Shown here one piece after another: positions 39,049-51,600 of a stretch of DNA of 64,000 bases. The position numbers and the translations under genes are program-made. The stretch covers positions 268,290-332,289 of the forward strand of contig MU006109.1 of the NCBI GenBank assembly GCA_010093705.1, in the 5' to 3' direction. The notes under the pieces are model-generated. The model saw only the letters and a list, made by a program, of their open reading frames with translations, ran no database searches and was not told the origin of the DNA. How positions within the stretch are numbered: the first letter of the stretch is position 1; the number at the start of each line of letters is the position of its first letter. The DNA comes from Patellaria atrata CBS 101060 (taxonomy: Eukaryota).

Positions 39049-42000
39049 CTTGAATATTGACAACGAAGATTTAAGTTTGACGAAGAAGTTAGACCTGCGT
39101 CTTGAATTTTAAAGAAAGTCAAAGTCGATCGGTTTTCCGTTCCACGAGAGGAACTGAGTCAATTTTGTTGACTCTTTAGACAAAGGAGCGACTCGTCTAA
39201 ATATAGACAGCGAAAGGTATGACTTAATGAGTGTGATGAAAGGAACTTGACAACAGTCGGAAGGTCTCGGACCGGCGGTGCAAATGTTGAATTGAAAAGA
39301 AGGTGGGTGAGAAAGAACAAAAAGAGGGTGATGTTAAAGTGAGGTGGAGGTGGAGGTGCAGTTGGACGTTTGTATACAAAAATTACTGCAAGTAGGACGA
39401 AATCTTGGCACTTCAGTGGAGTGAAGTTTCACGACGCTGTTCACATGCGGGAGCGCAGCCGCGCATCCCAGCAGGTGATTCAAACCTCATTTGCAAGGGC
39501 CGGAGAAAAGAGAGCTGGAATAGCTCGCTGATTCTGTTCTTTCTTGAAACCAAACACCCAAACTCACCTTTAATTTGCCCCCAAAGCGCCTGAATCGGAA
39601 CTTCCTGTGGCGTCTATATCTCGTCACCACCATCATGAAAGACCCAAAAGATGAATAGTCAAGTTACTCGACCTACGAGTATTGAATTCTGAAGCTCTTC
39701 GGGATCGGCTTGCATGCGGACTTGCTGCTCTCTGTTGATGAGGCCTCGAATGCTATTCTTCTGGAAACGCCATGTTTCTCCTCTCTCAGTGTGACAAACA
39801 GCCAGTCGGACAGGAACAATTCCACCACCAGATCAGAAACTTCATCCCCGCGCTCCAAGCCAAACGCCGTCCATGCAGCGTCCGGATCTGTGGTGCAACC
39901 CAGTTGCTGGATAAGCGTCCTGGGGTACCTAGATGCCAGCCGGCGTAACCTACACAGAAGTCTTGCAAGAATCTCGGGAAAACGTTGTTTTGGAAACTGT
40001 ATAACGCAATCAAGATTCATGGCTTCAGCCTCAATGGACGGAATTGAACATTAAGCGGCGCAAGGTTTCGTTTCTAAACTCAAGAGCTTTGGGAAGATCT
40101 GGATGAGGAGCAGAAATGAAGAGGGGACGTTGGTGAATCTCGGCTCAGCAGTGATGCTTGTCGATCTCCCCTGGCGCTAAAATTCAGGAGCAAAGCCCTA
40201 GGAGCGATCATGGAACTATCTACAATCTACAGGGGACGGGAATAATGATAAGGATCGCAAGCCGTCCCGCCTCAAGACACCTTCCTCTTGACCTCCTTCA
40301 CCGAGTACTTGGTAACGACTATCGGGACAAACATGTTTGGTTTCGACCTGTTTCTCAGTCATTATACCCCTTCACGACGAATTCACAGCGCTTCTCTCAG
40401 CGCCAGTCCATTTGATCCCAGAGGCAGCTTCGCTGACATTCTTCGCAGTGCGCGCTCGCTAAAAGTGCCAACTCTCTGTTACACAACCGATAGATGAGTC
40501 CTCGGTTGGCTCGAGGTGCTTAAAGGGTGAAACAGCAGGATAACCGACTCCAGCCACGGTGCAGAAAGCGGTGCGTATAGGTGATCGAGTGAAGCCCACG
40601 GCTATGCGGGTCTCTATTTTCTTTATTGCTCCTGCAGGACACATACTGCAGTCATTCTACGATAAGGCAGAAGTGGATAACCTCCTGTCCCCGCAGTGCT
40701 GCTGCCCCTCATTTCTATATCAAATGGAAATCAACATCAAGATGCAGTGGAAAGGGATAAGAAGCATGGCGCTCCGCTGGCACGGATGGCCCCCATCACT
40801 CAGTTATCGTCATCGCATGATTCATCTATATTCGTTTCCTAGGGCGTAAAGCGTGTTTGGGAAGTGTTGTGGCGTATGAGGTGAGGCGCCTGTGCCTGAA
40901 AGGGGGCACTTTTATTTTCGTTTCCTTTGTTTGTTGGGACCACTCTCGTTCTTTCGTCTTTCCTCTTATCAAAGGAAGTCTTTAATAATGACCTACTTCG
41001 GAAATTTCTGGTTCAGGAGCGCTCTGTACTGTACAATTGTCATATCCACGTATCTCTTTTCGCGGGGCCGCTGGCGAGTATTTCGGTCAGACGGTCCTTC
41101 ATCCATAGGGGAGTTGCAAAATGTCGTACAATATCAGCCACGCCGTTGTTTTTGCCATTCAAGCTTATCGTTGCTAGTAATATATTCTGGGGTATCACTA
41201 GCTTTCTTTGGTACTTGCCTCATTCGAATGTTGGCTTTCACATGATCCATAACTTCTTCCCATTCGCGGTTCTGATGGTGTCTTGTTTTGCATCGATATT
41301 GCTGTTATCTTGTCAGATTCTCCCATATTCAGCAATTGATATGCAGAAGGCGACTGTCCTTGCCAATGTGGCGTGTTGATCCTCATTGCGGTTTCTCTCC
41401 CTGACGGAGTCGGAAGAACCAGCTAATTGGAGAGGTGAAATGGTCTCAAGTCTGAATAAGTTGTACCACAAGTTGAGTGGGAATGCATTAGAAATTAAGT
41501 TAGACGCAAAGATCATATGATTGTTCAGTATGGAAGGTGTTCATCGTCTATTGTGGTATAACTGTAAACCCTCTCATCATGATGACTACTAGCATAACAC
41601 CGTCTAGTCCATCCACATTAAAAGAGTAATTTGTACCGACAAATCTAGTTTACAGAAGGAGTCTTAATATAATAAACCTTACCCAAAGCTCTGGTCATCC
41701 GAAATCCCAATATCGAACAGCCTAGTTCCGGGCCCGACATTCAGGTTTGTGTTATGAACCGGTCACGCTTCTTCCAACTCTTTCCCTATACACTTGATAT
41801 TACTCCGCGGGGGTTCATAGGAGGAAATAGCAAACACGCATGACAGAACAAGGTACCCGCCCGAAATGCTTAAGGGAGGATTTTGACACCTTTTCGCCAC
41901 TCCTTACCAGCATGCAGAAGATCAATAAAGACCCTGGAAAGAGAAACCGGCCTTATGTCGTACAGAGGCAACTGACGTGGAGGGTTATGCAGTACGAGTA

Positions 42001-42385
42001 CCTTAGCTTCTCGAACATCAGTAAAAAGCTCCAACAAACGAGATATCTACGGTGGAGGAACATTAAACATTGTGAAGGCGAGAATCCCTTACGCTGGTCG
42101 ACTGTCGAACTTGCCGCTGTCTAGCTTCTGTTGTAACAGTGGGGCAGCCCTTTGCATATCTCTCTCGAGCACTAACTTCCTGCATGGGGGACGCGGTGAC
42201 AATATAAAGGGCATTTTCAGCATGATCTCTTGGACGGGGTCTTGTTATCTCCCTCACGGACGCGACACTGGCATTTGAATATAGGGCTCTACATTCGCAT
42301 TCATTGCCTGCTGGAACTAGCCACGCACCCATTGTTCAATCCCTCGCTTGTGCTCTAGACCACAACGAAACTGTAAAACGAGGGC

Positions 42386-42600
42386 AAAAAAAAAAGAGCT
42401 GCTCTTCCTCTCACATCTCTAAAGAAACATCCGAAAATGGCTCTCACACGACTCGCTAATGTCCTGTCCCCGCAATGCTACCCCTGATCTCTATCAAATG
42501 AAAATCCACAACTGAATACAGCGAAAAGGGGTAAGAAACATAGTGTTCAGTTGACACACATTGCTCTCAGCATTCAATTATCCACTTGGGTTACTCGTAT
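42386..42600 (-). ncRNA. Candidate structured RNA with an enclosed pseudoknot (strand uncertain)
   Basis: Three complementary pairs within 42472-42564; on the minus strand TATAAA (42613-18), A-box-like TAACCCAAGTGG (42582-93) and T10 (42386-95); no clear B-box. Confidence 0.35.
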
Positions 42601-42915
42601 AGGGAAAAGCCCTTTATATCTATTAGCGGATAAGTAAACTGTTAAGTAAGTATACTTACTCCTCTTTAGTTATTATAATCTTTCCTAGCGTGTTAAAGCG
42701 CCCGTTAACCTTATGTAATTTTCCCTTGACCTTTTGGAATTCTCTCTTGACCTCGGTAAACCGACCGATTGATTCCATTGCCTTATTAGGTATGTAGTCG
42801 ACCTTCGCGCCCATGGATTTTGTTTGATACGTAATGGTCCTGATTATGATGCGATTATTTCCGGGACTTGCCATCAGACTATTGGATCTGTGCGAGCATC
42901 TCAGATCCAGGATGA

Positions 42916-43529
42916 TTATAATTTTACATCTGGGGTAGGAATGATAGCGACACGGTCTATTGAACGTCAGAATTTCAAATGTGTTAGCATGTCGATGATT
43001 ATCGTACCATGATCACATGTAAAACATATTTTCCCATCATCTTCCCTTTTCATAATTCCCCTCAAAAGCGCCGTCCGTTTTCCAATCGACACGAGCTCAC
43101 ACTCTACCACAAGTCTCGTACCTTCAGGAGCAGCCCTAAGGTACGTACAATTCAAGCTTCTAGTAACATGACCCGTATCCCAGAATCCCTCTCTCGTTAC
43201 TGGTATAATAGTCATCGACGTGCACATGTCGAATATCAAAGCGACGGCTCCACCGTGGAGATTTCCGCTGAGGTTACAGAGCGCCGGAGTTACGTGGAGT
43301 TTCCATCTGCTTGACACATTGTTCCGGTCTGAGGGGGATATGGTCACGGAATCAAGGGAAAGGGCGCCTACGAGACATTTGTCGTGACCCTGTGCAATAT
43401 TAGCGGAGTCACTGGAGTATTGTATTCCCTGATGCTGCTCACATTGTAATCTGGGTCTACGGCTCGTTCCAGAAACCAGTTTACCAGCTCATGGACTTCT
43501 TGTTGGGTCTTTTCTGCGTCATCTTTCAT
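42916..43529 (-). CDS. PaaI/ACOT13-like hotdog-fold thioesterase
   Basis: CNLSGNLHGGAVALIFDMCTS, GHVTRSLNCTYLRAAP; two introns; predicted C-terminus ..DVKL. Confidence 0.88.
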
Positions 43530-44298
43530 ATTTGTAGTTCAATTACAGCCCACAGGAGTGTCTACCTTAGGTAAGTGCTCCTACTGCGTTTTTAATACAG
43601 TATAAAATGAAGGAGTTGAGTGGAGCTGCTCATGAACTGGAAAAGACCAACAGCCGAACCTCGGCTTCTTAATATCAACTTCACCTCATCATGTGTATAG
43701 TCTCATCTACAAGTAAATGGTATAATAAGTGATAAATCCATCATAAATGACATTTCTTCATTTGTGTATCGTGTAGCTCTTCTCATCATAAATATATCAT
43801 GTCTTTCAACAAGACCGTGATGGAGCCCCATCTGACATATTCCCTCTGAACACAGATCTCTATGGCATACAAGCTAAAAGGCAAGGGTCCTCTAATATGA
43901 GCATATGACAGAGTATAATAGATGAGGTAGTATATCAGGGCAGATCTTTCAAATCCGGGTAGGTGTCTTTTATTTGTTTCGTTGTCTATTCTCACTTCCA
44001 ACGGAGATTTTCATTGAGTTCCCGTACACTTATTGCATATGTGATAAAGTATTCGGTCCTCCAATGAATGTCTTTTTGTTCAATTTAGTAAAAGTAAGGA
44101 CATGAAGTGTAATCAGAGAAAGACTATGAGATATTGGATTGAAAAGTAAGGTACTGTACTAGAGATGGTTCATTGCCAGATTTGTCATGCCGGCTGCGCA
44201 TGATATCTTATCCGTTCTTCGGTGACGGGTCCATCTACAAACAGATCCCACTCCCGCACGTTATCAATTTCAAATCGCTCCCACCCTTTCGATTTCAT

Positions 44299-44530
44299 GG
44301 GCCACCAGTCTAGTGGTAGTACAGCAGTACTTGCTCAAGTCAACCTCCTGCGTTGCAACTGGTACGTGGGTACAACTCCCGGTTGTGGCTGCCTAAGGAT
44401 ACTCATTTGAGTTTAAGGAATTTTGGGACCTGCTAAGTATTCCTGACTTCGCCTCAGCAAAACCCAGTTCGCCTGGTTTTCTGGGAGTATCAAAGAGAGG
44501 CTTCTCTTTTTGTATTTTTTTTTTTTTTTT
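44299..44530 (+). ncRNA. Putative Pol III ncRNA, unit 3: tRNA-like head, multi-helix trailer, T16
   Basis: A-box-like CAGTCTAGTGG 44306-16; T-arm-like GGG-TACAACT-CCC 44368-80; GGCCAC/GTGGCT acceptor-like stem; trailer closed by GATACTC/GAGTATC; terminal hairpin and T16. Confidence 0.55.
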
Positions 44531-44966
44531 GCTGCTATTTTCTCCATTTATGCTCTATCTATTTAATAATGGATAAACATGCAGTCATCTCTATGTTTAA
44601 TGCGAGATGGTGTCTTGCGCAATGGCGAGTGAGTATGGAGCAGAATTACCTTCACTTTGCCCGCTTTTCTTGTGCGATTGAAATACACTACATTGTGTCT
44701 TCAAAGACTGAGCGATACCAAGTAACAAGGATGGTAATACAATGTTCTTTGCGAATGGAAAATCTGGATCAGTACAAAATCATAACCAAAAACAACTCTT
44801 TGATATTTTCCAGAATATTGTTTTCATCAACAGAATTCTTGACTATTAAAGGGTATGAAGTCCACTACTATCATACAAACTAAAGCTCATTGCAAAACTC
44901 AAAAGAACACCATTGTTTTATTAATCCATCACTTAAACGCTATATACATATATCACCAACACCAAC

Positions 44967-45920
44967 ATGGTTGCAACCCACGTGGACGTGAGAGCTGGCC
45001 ATCACAGCAATTCAAGGGGTCTCGGCTTCTGGGAGCGCATATTCTGGAAGAACGATAGGAATGATGTCTGCCAGCGCGACAACATCAACACAATTGACTC
45101 ATCGCCCGCCAACAGCGACAGCCACGTCGACGGGAATGTAGTCAATAAAGAGACCTCTGAACCCGAAATCTGCTCTCCACTCAAAGAGCCGGACATGCCT
45201 ACCCGCGAGCTTCCCCCCCTATACGGCCCCTTGAACAAAGACACCCAAGACTGTCCAATGTGCCAGTGGCCACTCCGGCTCCAAGACCCCACAGGTGACG
45301 ATGCGGCAGTCCAGCTGCCCGGCCCATGCGACCACATCATCTGCTCCCACTGCGTCGGATCGTGGCGGCTCCTCCTCGCCAAGAGCGACGACAGTCTCTC
45401 CACTCCCACCTGCCCCATCTGTCCAGCGAGCAAGGTCATAGCATCGATATTCGTGCCCCCCACAGCGCAAGACTACCAAGTCCACATCGGTCTCTTACTA
45501 GGCGTCCTGGACGACCTGTACGGCGGCCGATTAAACGACCTCGACACGCGGGTCGTAGACCACCCGGAGTCCTTAAGCGTGGTCCACTTCGTCGACGTGT
45601 GGACCACGGCCATCGCGGAGGATATCGAGCAGATACTGTCGGTGCGGGATTTTCTTAACTACATGTATATCGGGTTCAAGCGGCTGGTCTGGCGGTACCA
45701 TCCCGATGATCAGACTCTACTTCCGAAGTACCATGAGTGGTACGAGACGGTTGAGGAACTTTGGCTGCTGCAGGTCGAAGAGGCGGTTGAAGGCTTGAAC
45801 GGGCCTGAGGTCGCGCTTATTGAGATCGCGCGGAGGGTGAGGGAGGCGAAGTGTGCTTCTGAGGATGGCGCGACAGGTGGATCTATAGTGGGTAATCTTC
45901 TTGGGTGGCTAAATGTTTGA
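44967..45920 (+). CDS. C3HC4 RING-finger protein, single exon
   Basis: CPMC...PCDHIICSHC...CPIC in a 317-aa ORF. Confidence 0.75.
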   Translation: MVATHVDVRAGHHSNSRGLGFWERIFWKNDRNDVCQRDNINTIDSSPANSDSHVDGNVVNKETSEPEICSPLKEPDMPTRELPPLYGPLNKDTQDCPMCQWPLRLQDPTGDDAAVQLPGPCDHIICSHCVGSWRLLLAKSDDSLSTPTCPICPASKVIASIFVPPTAQDYQVHIGLLLGVLDDLYGGRLNDLDTRVVDHPESLSVVHFVDVWTTAIAEDIEQILSVRDFLNYMYIGFKRLVWRYHPDDQTLLPKYHEWYETVEELWLLQVEEAVEGLNGPEVALIEIARRVREAKCASEDGATGGSIVGNLLGWLNV

Positions 45921-46059
45921 GTACATATTTCTTGCCCTGTATAGGATAGATGCTGGACGCTTATGTAAATATCGGAATATATATACTGTAACTGAACAAA
46001 CGAGACTGCAAATATTTGACTGGAATTTGTATAATGAGTTACCAATCGAGTTCGAATAC

Positions 46060-49000
46060 TTAGGAACCTGGGATCGCTGACACGGAGTTACGGCTACTTG
46101 GGATAGTGATAAGTAGATAATAAAGAGATTTTTTTGCATCTTCCGCTGATATGTTAATGATAGTGCGGCCAGAGGACAAGACTATTTGAAAGATTAGCAT
46201 TTGCATCATAGGTCCAATACCTTGAATAAGGACGCATTGTCGAACTAAATCTTCTCGTTTCTCAAGTAAGTTCGCTCGAGCTGCGGATTCCCGCTGTGTC
46301 AAACTCGTTAATTGCTATTTTGCGAACGTTGTCTACTTCCTCACCGAGTCGGTTGAACGACAGATCTCCGTCCTCGATTGATTTTTTCAGTCATCGTTCG
46401 CCGTCGTTGTGAATTAACATGAGGCCGTCTATGCGTGGTTGAAATCCGTTAATCGTGGTATCAAGCCATTATTATGCAGAAAACATTGCCTCCTTCAATT
46501 TTCTGAAAAGCTCTGTTTGCATGAGCTTCTCTCTTAGTGTCTCCTGAACGACGAGCAAGACTCCTCTCGCTGCTGTTAGTTCAACGTTATGTATCACGAT
46601 AGCAGCAGCCTATGATCACAAACCGATTAGCTAGAATATAGTAAGAAGTGAAGGGTAAGATATACAACATCTGCTCTATACCATTCACGCTCTCTTTCAC
46701 GACGATCGACTTCCCAGTTTAGACTATTGATAACTCCTAGATAAGTGTTAGCTTCAGCGTATGTAGCTAAAGCATGTTCCAATCACCTTGAGCTTTTTCC
46801 ACGTCTTGAATGCGATTTGAATATCAATCTCAACATCACCAAATTTTGCCATGAAATCTGAGCGAGCATTATCACGCTTCCTCCTGGCTTCTTCGATCTG
46901 TCATGCTTGCTCTTTGTTGCAGGCATCAATGTTTGCTCTTGCATTCCGTACTTGAACATTAGGCTGCTCAAGGTTTGATGCACGATTCTTTTCTGCCCTT
47001 GCGCGCTCGGAACTGAATTTCGACTCCGCATTTGATCTCTGGATATTGTTCTCAGACTTGACCGCTTCTAGCTCGGCCATCGCCCTGATGATCTCTTGTT
47101 CTTTCTTTATTACTTCCTCATGATTTTGATCTATGAGGGAATCGTATTTTACTTGCGCCTCACGACATTGTCTATCATAATCAGCTTATGTCTTTTCGAC
47201 ATCTGCCATCGCTTTTTCAACTTCCTCTTGGATTGCCTTATGACCAATGTCAATAGCACCAATGATCACCTTCTTAATTTGCTCGATGGTTGCTTCCAAT
47301 TTTCAATCTGCAGCTTTGGGATCTTGCTCGGTCTAAACGGATATCATTTCAGCAGTCACCTTGATGTAAAGGCCAGCGGACCAAAGGAGTTCAAAGTTGA
47401 AGTAGAATATTCGATGTGGCATGAATTGAATGTTAATGTCTGCGAGCACGTAGCTGTCAAATATCTCGATCATGCTGCTGAGCTTGAACGCTTGCTGTAG
47501 CAGTGTGAGTTCAACATCCAGTAAAGCCTCTTCGTCTTCTATCTTGTGAGCGGACCGATTTGAAAATTCTTGATCCTGGTTTGGAACCTAAAGCCAATCA
47601 TACTTACCTCCGCATCCATAGAGGCGTACCAGTCATATATCTGAATCTTGTCCTTGAACCGGGTGCCCATTGGATACCATGTGTCGAGGTAGGTGTAACC
47701 AAGACTTGCATAAATATTCACATCCTTGAAACTGATAAGGTCGATGTTCGGAATGACGATTGTATCATCACCGATCTTGGATGCAATGAACGCACCGATT
47801 TGTACGAAGTTGAGAGTGTCAGCTTTAATCTGTATGAGTGATTGTCTTTGGGTTTGCCCCCAAGCAGAAGGGAATGTCATACTTGTCTACGTTTCGATCA
47901 TCCTTCAGAGTTTTAATTGCATCAGCAATTTTGTCTGTAGATATTCCCTCCTGAATACCTAGAACTTTGGCAGCACCTACCCCTTGAACTATTTTAGTAA
48001 GATTTTCATTCAGCTTGCTCTCTCCAAGTTTACTGTTGAAAGCTTTGTCAACCGTCAAAAGCGCTTTGAATCCGAGCGAATTGAGCACTCCTGATGCTAA
48101 GAATACTGGCCATTCGATGCTGACAGAGCCGCCAAGGTCATACAGTCGTACTGCTTTGCTAAGGCTAAGTGGGTCGACGATTGCATCAGCTTTGTTCATG
48201 AGTATACCAAGGCTACCAGTTAGGCCGTCTACCCCAAGCTCCAGGGATACTTTGATGGGTTTCTCCCGGTCTTCTTCCATGCGGATGAAGAGGTCGCCTT
48301 TGAATTTGCAGATTGGAGTTGTATCAGTCAATCTCCACCCAAATTGCTCTCGTGTAGAAGCGTTCTTCTATTTCAATCTGTTGACTAAGTCAGCTTCAAA
48401 CTTGATAATATACACCTGGATATACCTTATAAGAGGGCGGAAGGAAAACTGCCACCTTAAAAACTTTTTTATTCTTCTCAAAGCGAATCTTCTTGTAAGG
48501 ACAATCCTCGAGATTGCTCTTTTTTAGTGCTTTGTTTGGTTCCCCGTCTTCCTGTAACATTGGCACGCGATCCAAAACGGCGCTGAGATAGAACCCTAAA
48601 CACTAAGTCAGCGCACGGCATTTGTAATTGATCGTTGATCGTAACCTTTTGTGACTTGATATCGCCAGATTTCCGGCGGAAGGTATGCCTCGTCCATATT
48701 GGTACCGTAGACGGTAAATTCTGACAGTTGACAATCTAAGAATGACCCTGGCTTAATCGAGTCATCAATTATTGTCCGAAGTGATACGAAAGTACGAACT
48801 TTGCCCGCAGCAACGACTTGCAATCTGCCTTTGGACGAGTAGCCCATCGATAAGGTAATATATGCTTTGAGCTTTTCTTTCGCATCTGTCTTCTGTACGA
48901 TCTCCTCTCCGAATGGGAGAACAAGAGCCCTTTAATCTTTAAGCCCACAAAACATGTCATATCATTGATTGCGATTTCTTGCTTTTGCATTGGAGTCTTG

Positions 49001-50846
49001 TCTGTATTCGTAGCAACTTCATTTGCTGGAACTGCAGCCTTTTCCGCGTTAGGTTTGCCTCTATCATTGCAACATCAGTTATGTCTGAGGATGTTAGAGC
49101 CCTAGGTCCAGTTGGAGTAACTGTCGAACCGGTGGATTTTGGTTTCTGTGTCTCAGTCTTTGATTACGACGCTTTATCCTTGTTGTCTGCGTCCTTCACC
49201 TCACGATCGTCTCTAGCATTATCAACCGGTTTCTCTGTCGATGACTTACCATCTTTGGTGTCGCCTTCTATGGCTTTTTCGGGATTCTTCTCGGAAGCTC
49301 CACCCAAAGCGAACGGGTCAGAAGTATCGTCCTTGCGTCTTTTAGCAATGACAAAATCAAATTCACAGTCCTGGAGTAGATTCTGTCTTTGAGATTGGAA
49401 AGTCTCCGAATTTTCCTGTGATTCGGAGTCCTTCTCTACCCATCCGAATTCCAATAGTCGATTTCCTACCGTCAATCCCCATAGTTCCTCTAAGCATTAG
49501 TCTATCTACAGAAATTCGTAGTACGATGCTGTCGAATTCAAGCTTCTGCATAGGGGTCTGCAACTCATAATTGTGAACAGCCTTCGCCAATTCTTTGATC
49601 TTATCAAATGTGACTTTTTGCATCGTGCCTTCAATCCAGGAAAAGTCCGTTGGTCGTGTTGCCGCAAAAAGCTCACCTTTAAGGAAGATGACAGTGGTAT
49701 TGAATGCCCACGAACCAGGGAACTTACGCCCCCCCCCTTCTTCCAAGGCGGTATTTTGGGTAATCTGCGCCTTAGCTTTATCGAGCTTCACGGTGGAGAC
49801 ATCTGCGGTGACAACAAAGTCGACCAAGGTCAAACTCTCAATACCCAACGGATTGATCCAGATCTCTCCACATCGAAGGACCATGTCGAGGTGTATGTTA
49901 GATGAAGATCACCTCCAGGAAGGTTGAGCTAGACATCTCCATAAATTTAGCTTTGAAAGAACTTTGGTTGTGTTCCTTTCGTCAACAACTTTTGAGGAAA
50001 CTTCCTTAGTGATAAGACCCGTTGGATTATCAAGTGCACCTTTCCTTTGTTGACCAAGGACGAAGAAGGTCCTAGTCCTGGTGGTAATGATCCAGGCACC
50101 TCACTGCTGCTTGGTGGAGGAGCTGTCGGCTGTCGAGAGGATTCGCCCTTCGGGTCTAGTTTCCGGGCAGCTTCTTTCTTCAAGTCGTCGAAAACGATAC
50201 GAACGCTAGCAGAATAAGCCGTAAGCAATGGCAGTCCAGCGGGAGAATAAATAACTAACCCGGTCATGCAGCCAGCAAGAGTGAGATTTTTAAATCTAAG
50301 ACATTCTGTAGAATCCAATGTAAGGCCAAGATGAGCAGAGAGCCGAATAACGATATCGGATTCAGATATAAATGGCTCGAAAATACTCAACGCATTGTCC
50401 AATAGCCCTCCAAGGCGCAAGTCAGTCCGCAGATATAGGCCAGGCTCTTCAGTACCACTTTTCTGGTCATACCATTTAAGACAGCAGTTCTCAAGAGCGA
50501 GTTCTCCCAGTGCTCTATTGTGAAAATCCGGAAAAAAAATAAAATCCACGAGGGCTAGCTTATCAAATATCTGCAACTCCAAAAATAATGGCTCCTCAAC
50601 AACCGGTCCTACACCAAGGAATCATGGATCACAGAAGTACGCTTTCTCTTCATCCGACATCTTGTCACATCCAGCCGGGTATACATTCTTCTGAGCTGTA
50701 GGTTTGATGGGAGGTACAGCTTGTACACGAACCCTCGACTCGGTCGGATCATAGTTACCTAACACACTATTCAATACCTCGTCGAGAGACTTCTGCGAGG
50801 ATGACGAGAGATTGCCCGGAGGTCCTCCTTCTGTAACCTGGGCCAT
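46060..50846 (-). pseudogene. Large (~1400-1500 codon) disrupted gene: beta-rich N-terminal/middle region plus coiled-coil C-terminus; function unknown
   Basis: ORF 50622..50846 continues in frame through a TGA into 49947..50582; further co-directional fragments (49363..49884, 49164..49475, 47825..48331, 47539..47880) need frameshifts; coiled-coil reading around 47300-46790 is interrupted by stops. 3' boundary approximate. Confidence 0.7.
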
Positions 50847-51138
50847 TACGGATGGATCTTAAGGCTTGTATATTGAAAATCTCGCAATTGATTGATTTGA
50901 GGCTCGAAGCTGTTAACATTTAAAATAATATAGAGAATACGAAAAGTGAAGCTACTACGACGGTGGTCATTACGCTCAATGGTTCATAGTCCATTGGCTT
51001 ACTCTTGATCTAGAGAGTGAGAAGTTTCGCGGACGGTTGTTCATTGCTGACAACCAATTGGACGAGTTCTGAACCAAGATCAGCTCTAACATATCTGGTG
51101 CAATATAACTCCACAGATTCATAGTCTCGAAGGAATTC

Positions 51139-51600
51139 TTGTACGGTCAAGCGGATGAGAAAGGAAATCACAGATTCCTCGTATTGCATTACAAGTCTAG
51201 AAATCCTTTTCAGGTATGTCTCGTTTGGTTAGTGACGCAATTGCATTCACTAATGTGCTCCTTTGGCAATATGCAGTACCGTTTTGTCCCGTCAAAGTAT
51301 GTCAAGTTCGGATCTGGTGCACTCGACAAACTTGCCGCCGCTGATTACAGCTCTCCCGCCTTAGATCTGGCCGAGAAAGCAGCGAAGGCAGCAGTTGGTG
51401 ATCCGTTGCATGAGTTCGATTACGCAAAGTAGTTGCTTGGAGAGTTCAAGTGGACTTCTATCAATATGGCTTCCAAAGGCAATTTTGTTGAGATAGTAGG
51501 ACTAACGTACTGACCAACTTGAAATAAACTTGCGGGTTTCATTGTCTGTATTCGAGGGGTAATATAGGTATTGCCCGTCAGATTCCCGCTATATCGCCTC
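51139..51600 (+). pseudogene. Probable decayed gene fragment divergent from the large pseudogene
   Basis: Clean intron GTATGT..CTAAT..CAG (51214..51276) joining protein-like reading; TAG at 51430 then further stops. Confidence 0.3.

Noticed and set aside
42656..42874. 72-aa ORF with coiled-coil-like periodicity
   Set aside because: Short, AT-rich and unrecognisable; possibly a remnant but not supportable as a gene.
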